From positions 18,978-82,977 of the forward strand of contig DASYTM010000010.1 of the NCBI GenBank assembly GCA_036002345.1: a stretch of 64,000 bases of DNA, given 5' to 3'. The stretch is from Candidatus Methylomirabilota bacterium (GTDB lineage: Bacteria > Methylomirabilota > Methylomirabilia > Rokubacteriales > CSP1-6). The position numbers and the translations under genes were made by a program. The notes beneath the pieces were generated by a model. That model saw nothing but the letters and a program-made list of their open reading frames with translations, did no database searches and was not told the origin of the DNA. Positions 9,408-19,852 of the stretch are shown in pieces (the first letter of the stretch is position 1; each line of letters starts with the position of its first letter).

Positions 9408-11005
9408 CACTGGCTCCTCTCGAGCGTCGCGGAGGTCTCGTGGTCGCGTCCGTTGCGGAGATAGACGAGCCGCACCGTGTCGCCGGGCCGGCGCGCGCGG
9501 ATGGCCTTGCGGAGCGACTCGAAGCCGTCGAGCGACACGTCGTCCACGCGCACCAGCACGTCGCCGTCGCGGAGCCCGGCGCGCTCGGCGGCGCTGCCGG
9601 GGATCACGTGGGCCAGCCGGGCGCCGTCGCCCGCGTGGCCGTCGCCGCCGACGCCGAGGTAGGCGCCGCCCGCGGCGGCGCGCCCGGCGCGCTGGCGAGC
9701 CGTCGGCGCCGGGACCTTCGCGTAGACCGGGCGCGCGCCCTCGTCGAGCGAGGTGACGATGGCGGCGCCCACGGCCGCCACCCGCGCCATGCCGTCCACG
9801 TTGAGCTTGTCGGCGGTGTCGCTCGGACGGTGATAGTCCTCGTGCCCGCCGGTGTGGAAGAAGAGCACCGGCGTGCCGGCGGCGTAGAAGCGCGTGTGAT
9901 CCGAGGCCGAATAGGGAGTGCCGCGGAGGTCCGCGTTCACTCCAGCCGCGCGCGCGGCCTCCGCGGTGGCCGCGCGCAGCCGGTCGCCGGTGTCCACGCC
10001 CCCCACGGTGAGCTTGTCCTCGCGCATGCGGCCGACCATGTCGAAGTTCAGCATCGCGACCGTATGGCCCAGCGGCAGCGCGGCGTGGCGCACGTAGTGG
10101 CCGGAGCCGATGAGGCCCAGCTCTTCGGCGCCGAAGAGGGCGAAGACCAGCGTGCGGCGCGCGCCGCCGGCGGCGGCGAAGGCGCGCGCGAGCCCGACCA
10201 CGACGGCGGCGCCGGAGGCGTTGTCGTCGGCGCCGTGGTACACGTCGCCGCCCGCCGCGCCGAGGTGGTCCCAGTGCGCCCCGAGCACGACGATCTCGCG
10301 CGCCAGGGCGGGATCGGTGCCGGGCAGCACGCCCACCACGTTGGCGGCGCGCACGTCCGCGGCCGCGAGGTCCACCACGAGCCGCGCCGGGACCTCGCCT
10401 GCGGCGCGGAGGGTGTCGGCGACCGCGCGCGTGATCGTGCCGGACGCGATGTCCACCGATGCCGCCGTCGCGTCGAGAGCGGGCAGCGGGTCCGCCACGA
10501 CGAGCACGGCCGCCGCGCCGCGGTGGCGCGCCTCGATCAGCGTCTCGAGCCGCGAGCCGCGCGCCGGCGCCGCCACGACGATCCGGTCGCGCACGTCGGG
10601 CCACTCGTCCGCGACGAACACCAGCGGCGCGGTCACCGCGCCCAGGCGCGAGCCTCCGTGAGGCATCCACTCGACGCCGGGCTGCAGCATGCGGCCGCCG
10701 GCGGTGAGCGCGTTGCCGGGACCCAGGCCCCGGCCCGGCGCGACGCTGAACGGTTGTAAAAACGTCCCGGCGTCGCCGCCGGGGCGCAGGCCGGCGGCGG
10801 CGAGCCACGCGGCGAGCCGCTCGATCGCGCGCTCGCCGCCGGGCGTGCCGGCGCGACGGCCGTTCATCTCCGGCGCGGTGAGCGTTTCTACAACCGTGCG
10901 GAGCTCGGCGGAGGTCGGCGGGACGACGGGCGTGCGGCCGAGCGCCGCCGTCGACGTCAGGACGAGCGCGAAGGCAGCCAGCAGCGTCGCGGGGCGGCGG
11001 ATCAT
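9407..11005 (-). CDS. Secreted M28-family aminopeptidase with C-terminal PDZ domain
   Basis: Signal peptide (MIRRPATLLAAFALVLTSTAALG). M28 motifs (HWDHLG...GADDNASG, FALFGAEELGLIGS, DHTRFY). C-terminal PDZ (GARLAHVIPGSAAERAGLRDGDVLVRVD). Confidence 0.8.
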   Translation of the reverse strand: MIRRPATLLAAFALVLTSTAALGRTPVVPPTSAELRTVVETLTAPEMNGRRAGTPGGERAIERLAAWLAAAGLRPGGDAGTFLQPFSVAPGRGLGPGNALTAGGRMLQPGVEWMPHGGSRLGAVTAPLVFVADEWPDVRDRIVVAAPARGSRLETLIEARHRGAAAVLVVADPLPALDATAASVDIASGTITRAVADTLRAAGEVPARLVVDLAAADVRAANVVGVLPGTDPALAREIVVLGAHWDHLGAAGGDVYHGADDNASGAAVVVGLARAFAAAGGARRTLVFALFGAEELGLIGSGHYVRHAALPLGHTVAMLNFDMVGRMREDKLTVGGVDTGDRLRAATAEAARAAGVNADLRGTPYSASDHTRFYAAGTPVLFFHTGGHEDYHRPSDTADKLNVDGMARVAAVGAAIVTSLDEGARPVYAKVPAPTARQRAGRAAAGGAYLGVGGDGHAGDGARLAHVIPGSAAERAGLRDGDVLVRVDDVSLDGFESLRKAIRARRPGDTVRLVYLRNGRDHETSATLERSQ

Positions 11006-11020
11006 CTCCGCGTAGTTTAC

Positions 11021-12445
11021 CTAATTCACGCGGACGACGCGGCCACCGGTGACGCGGCGCAGCTCGTCACTGGTGAGACGAAACACGGTGTGGGGATGGC
11101 CCCCCGCGGCCCAGATCGCGTCCCACTTCAGAAGATCCTCGTCCACGAGCGTCGTGAGCGGCGCGGGATGCGCGAGCGGCGCGACGCCCCCGATGGCGAA
11201 GCCGGTGTGCGCGCGCACGAACTCGGCGTCGGCCTTCCCGAGCGGCTCGCCGAGCAGCGCGCCGAGCTTGGCCTCATCCACCCGGTTCGCGCCGCTCGTG
11301 AGCACGAGCAACGGCCGCCCGCTGTCGCGCAGCCGGAACACGAGCGATTTCACGATCTGGCCGACGTCGCACCCGACGGCGCGCGCGGCGTCGGCGGAGG
11401 TGCGCGCGGCGTGCTCGAGCACCACGATGGTGGTCGTCACCCCCGCCGCCGCCAGGGCGTCGGCGACGCGGCGCGCGCTCGCGGGCAGCGCAGCCGGAGC
11501 AGCGACGATCGACCGGCAGGCGCGCATCTGGTCGAGGTGCTCCAGGTCGTGATCCGCCATGTGCGTGACGTACTGGGCGAGGCTGAGCGGGCCGAAGAAG
11601 CCGGAGAGGCCCGGCCGCTCGCCGGCGCCGGGCGGCAGCGTGGCGAGGTACGCGACCGCTTCGGCGCGCGCGCGGCGAAACGCCGCGAGGTCGTCCTCGA
11701 ACCGGCCCGCTCGACGGTCGCGCTCGCGCGCCCACGCCACGGGATCGAAGGCGGCGAAGCGCGGGCGGTCCTCGGTGGCCATGAGCCGGAAGCGCGGGAG
11801 GAAGAGCCGGCTGTCGAGCTCCATCAGGTGGGCCAGCACTTCCTTCATCGACCACTCCTCGGGCTCCGGCCGCCGGGAGAGCGTCTCGGCGTCGAGCCCC
11901 GCGGCGAGCGCGGCCACGAGGTCGGGCGTGGCGGCGAGTGGCTTCAGCAATTCGCCGAGCGGGAGCGCCACGCGCGCCTCGCAGCGCTTGGGCGTCAGGC
12001 CCAGCGTGGCGCGCACGTCCTGGATCTGCCGCAGGTGCTCGGTGTCGTGGGCGTCCATCGTCCGCGCGTAGGCCTCGACGCTCACGGCGCCGCGGCTCGG
12101 GCTCACGCCCTCGCGGCGCCAGCCGGCCTCGTCGAGCCCGCCGAGCAGCGTGATGGTCTGCTTGCGCGCGGCGGCGAACGCCGCCAGCAGCGTGGAGAGG
12201 TCCGCGTTGTCGCCCTCGGTGCGCTGGGTCTTGTCGAACACCGGGCGCGGCTCGGCGAGCATGCGGCGCAGGCGCGGCAGGAACGTGTCGCGGTCGCCCT
12301 CGACGAGGTGGCGCACGACCTCGCCGATCGACCACTCGCCGGGCTTGGGCGGCGTCCACGCGTGCGTCCCCGGGTCGCGCGCCATCTCGCCCAGCAGCGT
12401 CGGCGTGGCGGCGAGCCGCGCGACGGTCAGCTCGCGCTCGGTCAT
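11021..12445 (-). CDS. Fusion protein: two DinB_2-like (DinB/YfiT four-helix bundle) domains + YbaK/ProX-type aminoacyl-tRNA deacylase-like domain
   Basis: Two repeats with DinB-type His motifs (HLVEGDRD...HDTEHLRQI; HLMELDSR...HDLEHLDQM). C-terminus resembles the YbaK deacylase fold (GCDVGQIVKSLVF...VLTSGANRVDEAKL...GFAIGGVAP). Start MTERELT at 12445. Confidence 0.65.
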   Translation of the reverse strand: MTERELTVARLAATPTLLGEMARDPGTHAWTPPKPGEWSIGEVVRHLVEGDRDTFLPRLRRMLAEPRPVFDKTQRTEGDNADLSTLLAAFAAARKQTITLLGGLDEAGWRREGVSPSRGAVSVEAYARTMDAHDTEHLRQIQDVRATLGLTPKRCEARVALPLGELLKPLAATPDLVAALAAGLDAETLSRRPEPEEWSMKEVLAHLMELDSRLFLPRFRLMATEDRPRFAAFDPVAWARERDRRAGRFEDDLAAFRRARAEAVAYLATLPPGAGERPGLSGFFGPLSLAQYVTHMADHDLEHLDQMRACRSIVAAPAALPASARRVADALAAAGVTTTIVVLEHAARTSADAARAVGCDVGQIVKSLVFRLRDSGRPLLVLTSGANRVDEAKLGALLGEPLGKADAEFVRAHTGFAIGGVAPLAHPAPLTTLVDEDLLKWDAIWAAGGHPHTVFRLTSDELRRVTGGRVVRVN

Positions 12446-13176
12446 AGTGACCGCACCGCGCGCAGCACGTCGGCGGGATCGGGGCGCACCTGGAAGTTGT
12501 CGGCGAGGGAGAGCCAGCGCACGGCGCCGCCGCGATCGAGCACGATGGTCGCCGGCCGCGGCACGTCCTCGCCGTGCTCGCCGCCGCGCGCGTGGATCAG
12601 TCCGTAGCGGCGCGTCACGGCCAGGTCGCGATCGGCGACGAAGCGGAAGTTGAGCTTCAGCCCGCGCGCCAGCTCCTGGCTCCGCTCGTTGGGATCCGGC
12701 GAGACGGCGATGATCTCGACGCCGGCCTTCTCGGCCTCGGACAGCGCGGCTCCAAGCCCTTGGAGCTCCGCCACGCAGAACGGTCACCAGTAGCCGCGGT
12801 AGAAGACGAGGATCACCGGCTTCTTGCCGCGATACTCCGCGAGCGTGACGGGACGGCCGCCCGCGTCGGGCAGCGTGAAGTCCGGCGCGGGCCGGCCGAC
12901 GGCGAGCGCGGTCGGTGTGTCGGGGATTCGCGCCAGCACGAAGTTGAAGGTGGCGCCGCCCGCGAAGAGCGCCAGCGTCAGCCCCAGCGCGGTCCACGCG
13001 TACCAGCGGCGGCCGAGCGCCACGGCGAGGCCGGCGAGCGTCGCCGCGATCGCGAGCGCCGCCACGTAGCCCTCGGGCTGGTTGCGCACCGCGGGCACGC
13101 GCAGCAGCAGCGCGTACGCGGCGACGGCCGCGGCGGCGACGGCGAGGCTGAGGGCGGTGAGCCAGCCGGCGCGCAT
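12442..13176 (-). CDS. Membrane-anchored TlpA/ResA-like thiol:disulfide oxidoreductase (redoxin); candidate selenoprotein with in-frame TGA (Sec) at 12784-12786 giving a W-U-P-F-C motif
   Basis: A single frame is continuous across the TGA: ...APDFTLPDAGGRPVTLAEYRGKKPVILVFYRGYW-[TGA]-PFCVAELQGLGAALSEAEKAGVEIIAVSPD... It aligns to the redoxin consensus (APDFTL...WCPPCR.E.P). The N-terminus has 3-4 TM helices. Other genes in the window use TGA as a genuine stop. Confidence 0.7.
12749..12766 (-). promoter_or_regulatory. Candidate bacterial SECIS hairpin 17 nt downstream of the in-frame UGA of the redoxin gene
   Basis: mRNA reads UGA CCGUUCUGCGUGGCGGA GCUCCA-AGGGCU-UGGAGC. This is a perfect 6-8 bp stem with a G-rich apical loop. 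Confidence 0.4.
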
Positions 13177-13868
13177 CAGATCACGATGCGGTCGAAGCAC
13201 TCGGCGTAGGCATAACCCTTCGGCTGGCCGAGCTCGGCGTTGCGGTCGCGCACGCGCTTCTCGATGGCGGCGAAATCCTTGAACTGGCTCGCGTGGCAGG
13301 CGAGGGCCTTGATCTTGAGGTCCATCACGTCGCTGATGTCCACGACCACGTGCGGGTTCTGCCACTGCATGACGTAGACCTCGCGGACCTTGTGGGGCTC
13401 GAACTCCGCCATCAGCTCGGGGAAGGCGAGGTGGTCGCGCGACAGCGGATAGACGCAGTCCAGCGCCACGCCGGCCACCGTCCGGTGGTCGCGGTGCGAG
13501 GCCCCGAGATTGTACGTGCGCTGCGGATTCTGGCAGAGGACGAGGTCGGGCCGGAAGCGCCGGATCTCGCGCGAGACGTCGCGGCGGAGGTCGCGCGTGT
13601 CCTCGACCTCGCCGTCGGGATAGCCGAGGAAGGCGACCGACTCGATGCCGAGCGTGCGCGCGGCGTGCTTCTGCTCCTCGGCGCGGATGGCGGCCAGCCG
13701 CGGCGAGGTCATCGTGCGGTCGCTCGAGCCCTTGTCACCGTTGGTGACGACGACGAGGGCGACCTCCTTGCCTTCCTTGACGAACTTCGCCAGCGTCCCG
13801 CCCGCGCCGAACTCGGAGTCGTCGGGGTGGGCGGTGATCACGAGCACGCGCCGGATCGGGTCGGTCAT
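13176..13868 (-). CDS. PIG-L/LmbE family N-acetylglucosaminyl deacetylase (BshB/MshB-like)
   Basis: VLVITAHPDDSEFGAGGTLAKF...VVTNGDKG... matches the LmbE-like zinc deacetylase signature. TGATG overlap with the upstream redoxin start. Confidence 0.8.
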   Translation of the reverse strand: MTDPIRRVLVITAHPDDSEFGAGGTLAKFVKEGKEVALVVVTNGDKGSSDRTMTSPRLAAIRAEEQKHAARTLGIESVAFLGYPDGEVEDTRDLRRDVSREIRRFRPDLVLCQNPQRTYNLGASHRDHRTVAGVALDCVYPLSRDHLAFPELMAEFEPHKVREVYVMQWQNPHVVVDISDVMDLKIKALACHASQFKDFAAIEKRVRDRNAELGQPKGYAYAECFDRIVI

Positions 13869-13957
13869 TCGCGCCGGGGTCTCCCTCGTGGTTTTGAAAT
13901 TGAGATGCCGGGGTCCAGCATACCGATTCACCGCGGACCCCGTGCGATAATCCCGCG

Positions 13958-14161
13958 ATGTCAGCGGACCGCGGGCGCCGGATCGCGGTGGTCGTGCTGG
14001 TGCTGCTGCTCTCCCTCCCGCCGCTGGCCCTGCTCCTGCCCGGCTCGCCCGCCACCGTGCGCGTCGCCGGCGTCGGCGTCCTCTGGTGGTACGCGGCTCT
14101 CGCGGCGCCGCTCCTCGGCGCGGCCCTCGCGACGGTGATTCTCCGCCGCGCGTCGCGATGA
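13958..14161 (+). CDS. Small hypothetical membrane protein
   Basis: 67 aa, two hydrophobic helices. Stop overlaps the next start (ATGA). Confidence 0.35.
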   Translation: MSADRGRRIAVVVLVLLLSLPPLALLLPGSPATVRVAGVGVLWWYAALAAPLLGAALATVILRRASR

Positions 14162-15594
14162 CCGGCGCCCGCGCGCTCGCCGCCTGGACCGGCCCCGCGC
14201 TCGCCGCCGCCGTCGTCGCGGGCATCACGGCCGGGACCGCCGTCGCGCCGGTGCTCCTCCTCAGCGCGGCGCTGGCCCCGCTCGTCGCGCTGCTCCAGCC
14301 CGCGCGCGCGCCCGCGGCGCCGCACGCGGTGACGCTCGCGCTCACCGCCGTCGTCGCCGCGCTGCTCCTGTGGGCGCACGTCGCGCTGCTCGCCGACACC
14401 GCGACGCTGCTCGGCGCGGGTCGCGCGCAGGCCGTCGTGCTCGCGCTCGCGCTGGCCCTGCTCGTCGGGCTGGTGCCCGGCGCCGGGCGCTGGTGCGCGG
14501 TGGTGGGCGGGCTGGGGGGCGTCGCGCTGCTGCTCGTCCTCGTGGACGCCGCGGCGACCGTCGGCGTCGCGCCGTGGACGGCGTGGCGGGAGGCCGCCGC
14601 GCGGCCCGCGGTCGTGTTCGGCGCGCGCAGCCCGTGGGTCCGCGACGGCGAGCGCCTCGTCCGCGGCGCCACGCTCGCCTTCGACGAGGGCCACCGCGTC
14701 GTCGCGGTCACGCGGGGCACGCTTCGCGTCGTCGAGGCCGACGGCGCGCGGCGGGTGGTCCGCGACTGGCGGCTGGCCGCGGGCGACGCCGTCAGCCTGC
14801 GGCCGGCCGACACGCTCGTCGCCGAGGCGGGCAGCCGGCTGCGCTTCGAGCCGGGCAAGCGCGTCCCCGGCGCCGCCGCGTCGGGCTCGGCCTGGGCCGA
14901 CGCCGCCACGCGCGCGCCGCTCGCTCAGGTCGTGGGCCTGGCCGTCACGCTCCTGCTCGGCGCCGTGGCCCTCGTGCCCGCGGGGGGACGGCGCGCCGCC
15001 GCCGCGCCGGCGATCGTCCTCGTGTTCGCGCTCGGCACGGCCGCGTGGGGCGTCTACGCGGCCGTGGTCGCGCCGGAGTCGGGGCTGGCCGGCTCACCCG
15101 CGGAGGCGCTGCTGGCGCCGGCGCGCAGCGCGACGCCGGGCGGTGAGCTCTCGCCCGGCGCGCTGACCATCGTGGTCGTCGTGGGGCTGCTCGCGCTGTT
15201 CGTCGCGGCGGCGGGCGCGCTCCGCGATCGCGTCGCGGAGACCGGCGGCCGCCGGTGGCCCGAGGCCTGGATGACGGCGGTCATTGCCGCCGGCCTCGCC
15301 GGCCTGGTCGACGTCGTCGATCCGTGGACGCCGCTCGCGGCGGGGCTCGGCGTGGCGGCGGCGGCGCTGGCGGCGCCGCGGCTGGCGGGCGCCGACGGGG
15401 CGTGGATCGGCCCGTGGCCCGCCGCGGCGGTCGGCGGGCTGGTGGGCGTGGCCGTCTTCGCCGCCGTGGCGGCCCTTGGGGCCGGGCTGCCCGCCCCGCT
15501 GGCAGTCCTCCGTGACCTCCCGGCGCTGGCCGCGGCGCCGGCGGCGTGGGTGATCGTGAAAGTCTTACGACGGGAGGCGGGCGAGACGCGCTGA
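14158..15594 (+). CDS. Hypothetical polytopic membrane protein (Ala/Leu-rich, 8 or more predicted TM segments with a central soluble beta-rich insert)
   Basis: Long hydrophobic segments. No recognised family. Codon periodicity is consistent with the neighbouring genes. Confidence 0.45.
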   Translation: MTGARALAAWTGPALAAAVVAGITAGTAVAPVLLLSAALAPLVALLQPARAPAAPHAVTLALTAVVAALLLWAHVALLADTATLLGAGRAQAVVLALALALLVGLVPGAGRWCAVVGGLGGVALLLVLVDAAATVGVAPWTAWREAAARPAVVFGARSPWVRDGERLVRGATLAFDEGHRVVAVTRGTLRVVEADGARRVVRDWRLAAGDAVSLRPADTLVAEAGSRLRFEPGKRVPGAAASGSAWADAATRAPLAQVVGLAVTLLLGAVALVPAGGRRAAAAPAIVLVFALGTAAWGVYAAVVAPESGLAGSPAEALLAPARSATPGGELSPGALTIVVVVGLLALFVAAAGALRDRVAETGGRRWPEAWMTAVIAAGLAGLVDVVDPWTPLAAGLGVAAAALAAPRLAGADGAWIGPWPAAAVGGLVGVAVFAAVAALGAGLPAPLAVLRDLPALAAAPAAWVIVKVLRREAGETR

Positions 15595-15635
15595 GGGTTG
15601 GCAAGGCCCCCGCCGCCCTACCATAATGGGTGGAC

Positions 15636-18407
<2,772 letters not shown>

Positions 18408-18415
18408 GCACGGGC

Positions 18416-19852
18416 ATGCGGCGGACCAAGATCGTCTGCACCATCGGGCCCGCGTCCTCCACCGTCGCCGAGCTCGACCGCCTCGCCGCCGCGGGCATGG
18501 ACGTGGCGCGGCTCAACTTCTCGCACGGCACGCACGCCGAGCACGCCGAGGTCATCCGCCGCATCCGCGAGGCCGAAGCGCGCTGGCAGCGGCCCGTCGC
18601 GATCCTGCAAGACCTGCAGGGACCCAAGATCCGGCTCGGCACCTTCGGCGACGGCGGGGGCGGCCGCGTGGACCTCCAGCCCGGGCGCCCCTTCGCGCTC
18701 TGCCGCACGCCCTGCGTGGGGAGCGAGGCGCGCGTGTTCGTCTCGCCGCCCGAGTACCTCGGCCGGGTCAAGGCCGGCGACGAGATCTGGATGGACGACG
18801 GCATGATCCAGCTGCGCGTCGAGGCCACCACGCCGGACGAGGTCCGCTGCGTCGTGGTGGCGGGCGGCCGCATCAGCGACCACAAGGGCATCTCGCTGCC
18901 GCACGTGGATCTCCCCGCGTCGTGTCTCACCGAGAAGGACGTCGCGGATCTCAAGTTCGGCATCGAGCAGGGCGTGGACTTCGTGGCCGTCTCGTTCGTG
19001 CGCACGGCCGCCGACATCCGCGAGGTCCGGCGCTTCCTGGCCGCCCAGGGCGCCGAGATCCCGCTCGTGGCCAAGCTGGAGCGCCACGAGGTGCTCGCCA
19101 ACCTGCGCGACGTCATCGGCGCGGTGGACGCGGTGATGGTGGCGCGCGGCGACCTCGGCGTGGACGTGCCGCTCGAGGACGTGCCGCACATCCAGAAGGA
19201 GATCATCCGCCAGGCGCACGCCGCCAAGGTTCCCGTGATCGTGGCCACGCAGATGCTGGAGTCGATGGTCACCCACACGCGGCCCACGCGCGCGGAGGTC
19301 GCCGACGTGACGGCGGCGATCTTCGACGGCGCCGACGCCATCATGCTCTCCGCGGAGACGGCCTCCGGCCGCTACCCCGCCGAGGCCGTGGAGACGATGG
19401 CGCGGATCGCGGAGCGCGCCGAGCAGGCCACCCTCTGGATGGAGCCGCCGCGCCGGCGCCGCGACAGCCACGCGCCCGTCGGCTTTCCCGAGGCCATCTC
19501 CGACGCCGCCGCCAGCGCGGCCCGCGCCCTGGACGCGCGCGCCATCGTGGCCTTCACCCAGTCGGGCTTCTCCGCGCGGCTCATCTCGCAGGAGCGCCCG
19601 GCCACGCCGATCATCGCGTTCACGCCGTTCGCCAGCGTCCAGCGCCGGCTCGCGCTGACCTGGGGCGTGACGTCGCGGATCATCCGCAAGGTCGAGACCA
19701 CCGACGAGATGGTCGAGGAGATCGAGGCCACGCTGCTCGGCGACGGCACCGTCCGCGCCGGCGACGTGCTCGTGATCATCTCCGGGTCGCCCATGTGGGT
19801 GACCGGCACCACCAACCTCCTCAAGCTCCACCGCGTCGGGGAACGCCGCTGA
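18416..19852 (+). CDS. pyk: Pyruvate kinase
   Basis: MRRTKIVCTIGPAS...ARLNFSHG...MVARGDLGVDVP...ATQMLESM matches the canonical PK motifs. Confidence 0.95.
   Translation: MRRTKIVCTIGPASSTVAELDRLAAAGMDVARLNFSHGTHAEHAEVIRRIREAEARWQRPVAILQDLQGPKIRLGTFGDGGGGRVDLQPGRPFALCRTPCVGSEARVFVSPPEYLGRVKAGDEIWMDDGMIQLRVEATTPDEVRCVVVAGGRISDHKGISLPHVDLPASCLTEKDVADLKFGIEQGVDFVAVSFVRTAADIREVRRFLAAQGAEIPLVAKLERHEVLANLRDVIGAVDAVMVARGDLGVDVPLEDVPHIQKEIIRQAHAAKVPVIVATQMLESMVTHTRPTRAEVADVTAAIFDGADAIMLSAETASGRYPAEAVETMARIAERAEQATLWMEPPRRRRDSHAPVGFPEAISDAAASAARALDARAIVAFTQSGFSARLISQERPATPIIAFTPFASVQRRLALTWGVTSRIIRKVETTDEMVEEIEATLLGDGTVRAGDVLVIISGSPMWVTGTTNLLKLHRVGERR

Noticed and set aside
7809-10808. 999-aa ORF extending the FAAL gene far upstream through the M28 peptidase gene
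   Set aside because: The upstream 460 aa are Arg/Ala/Gly low-complexity. The genuine start is the MSDPRAATT methionine at 9407, and the overlapping frame encodes a bona fide M28 peptidase.
12784-13365. Treating 12784-13365 and 12442-12774 (and likewise 28197-28847; 38989-39417 plus 39436-39633) as independent short genes
   Set aside because: In each case the two pieces are in the same frame, separated only by TGA, and the join reconstructs a conserved CxxC redox motif with a downstream hairpin. Selenocysteine recoding explains the data better than three coincidental gene pairs.
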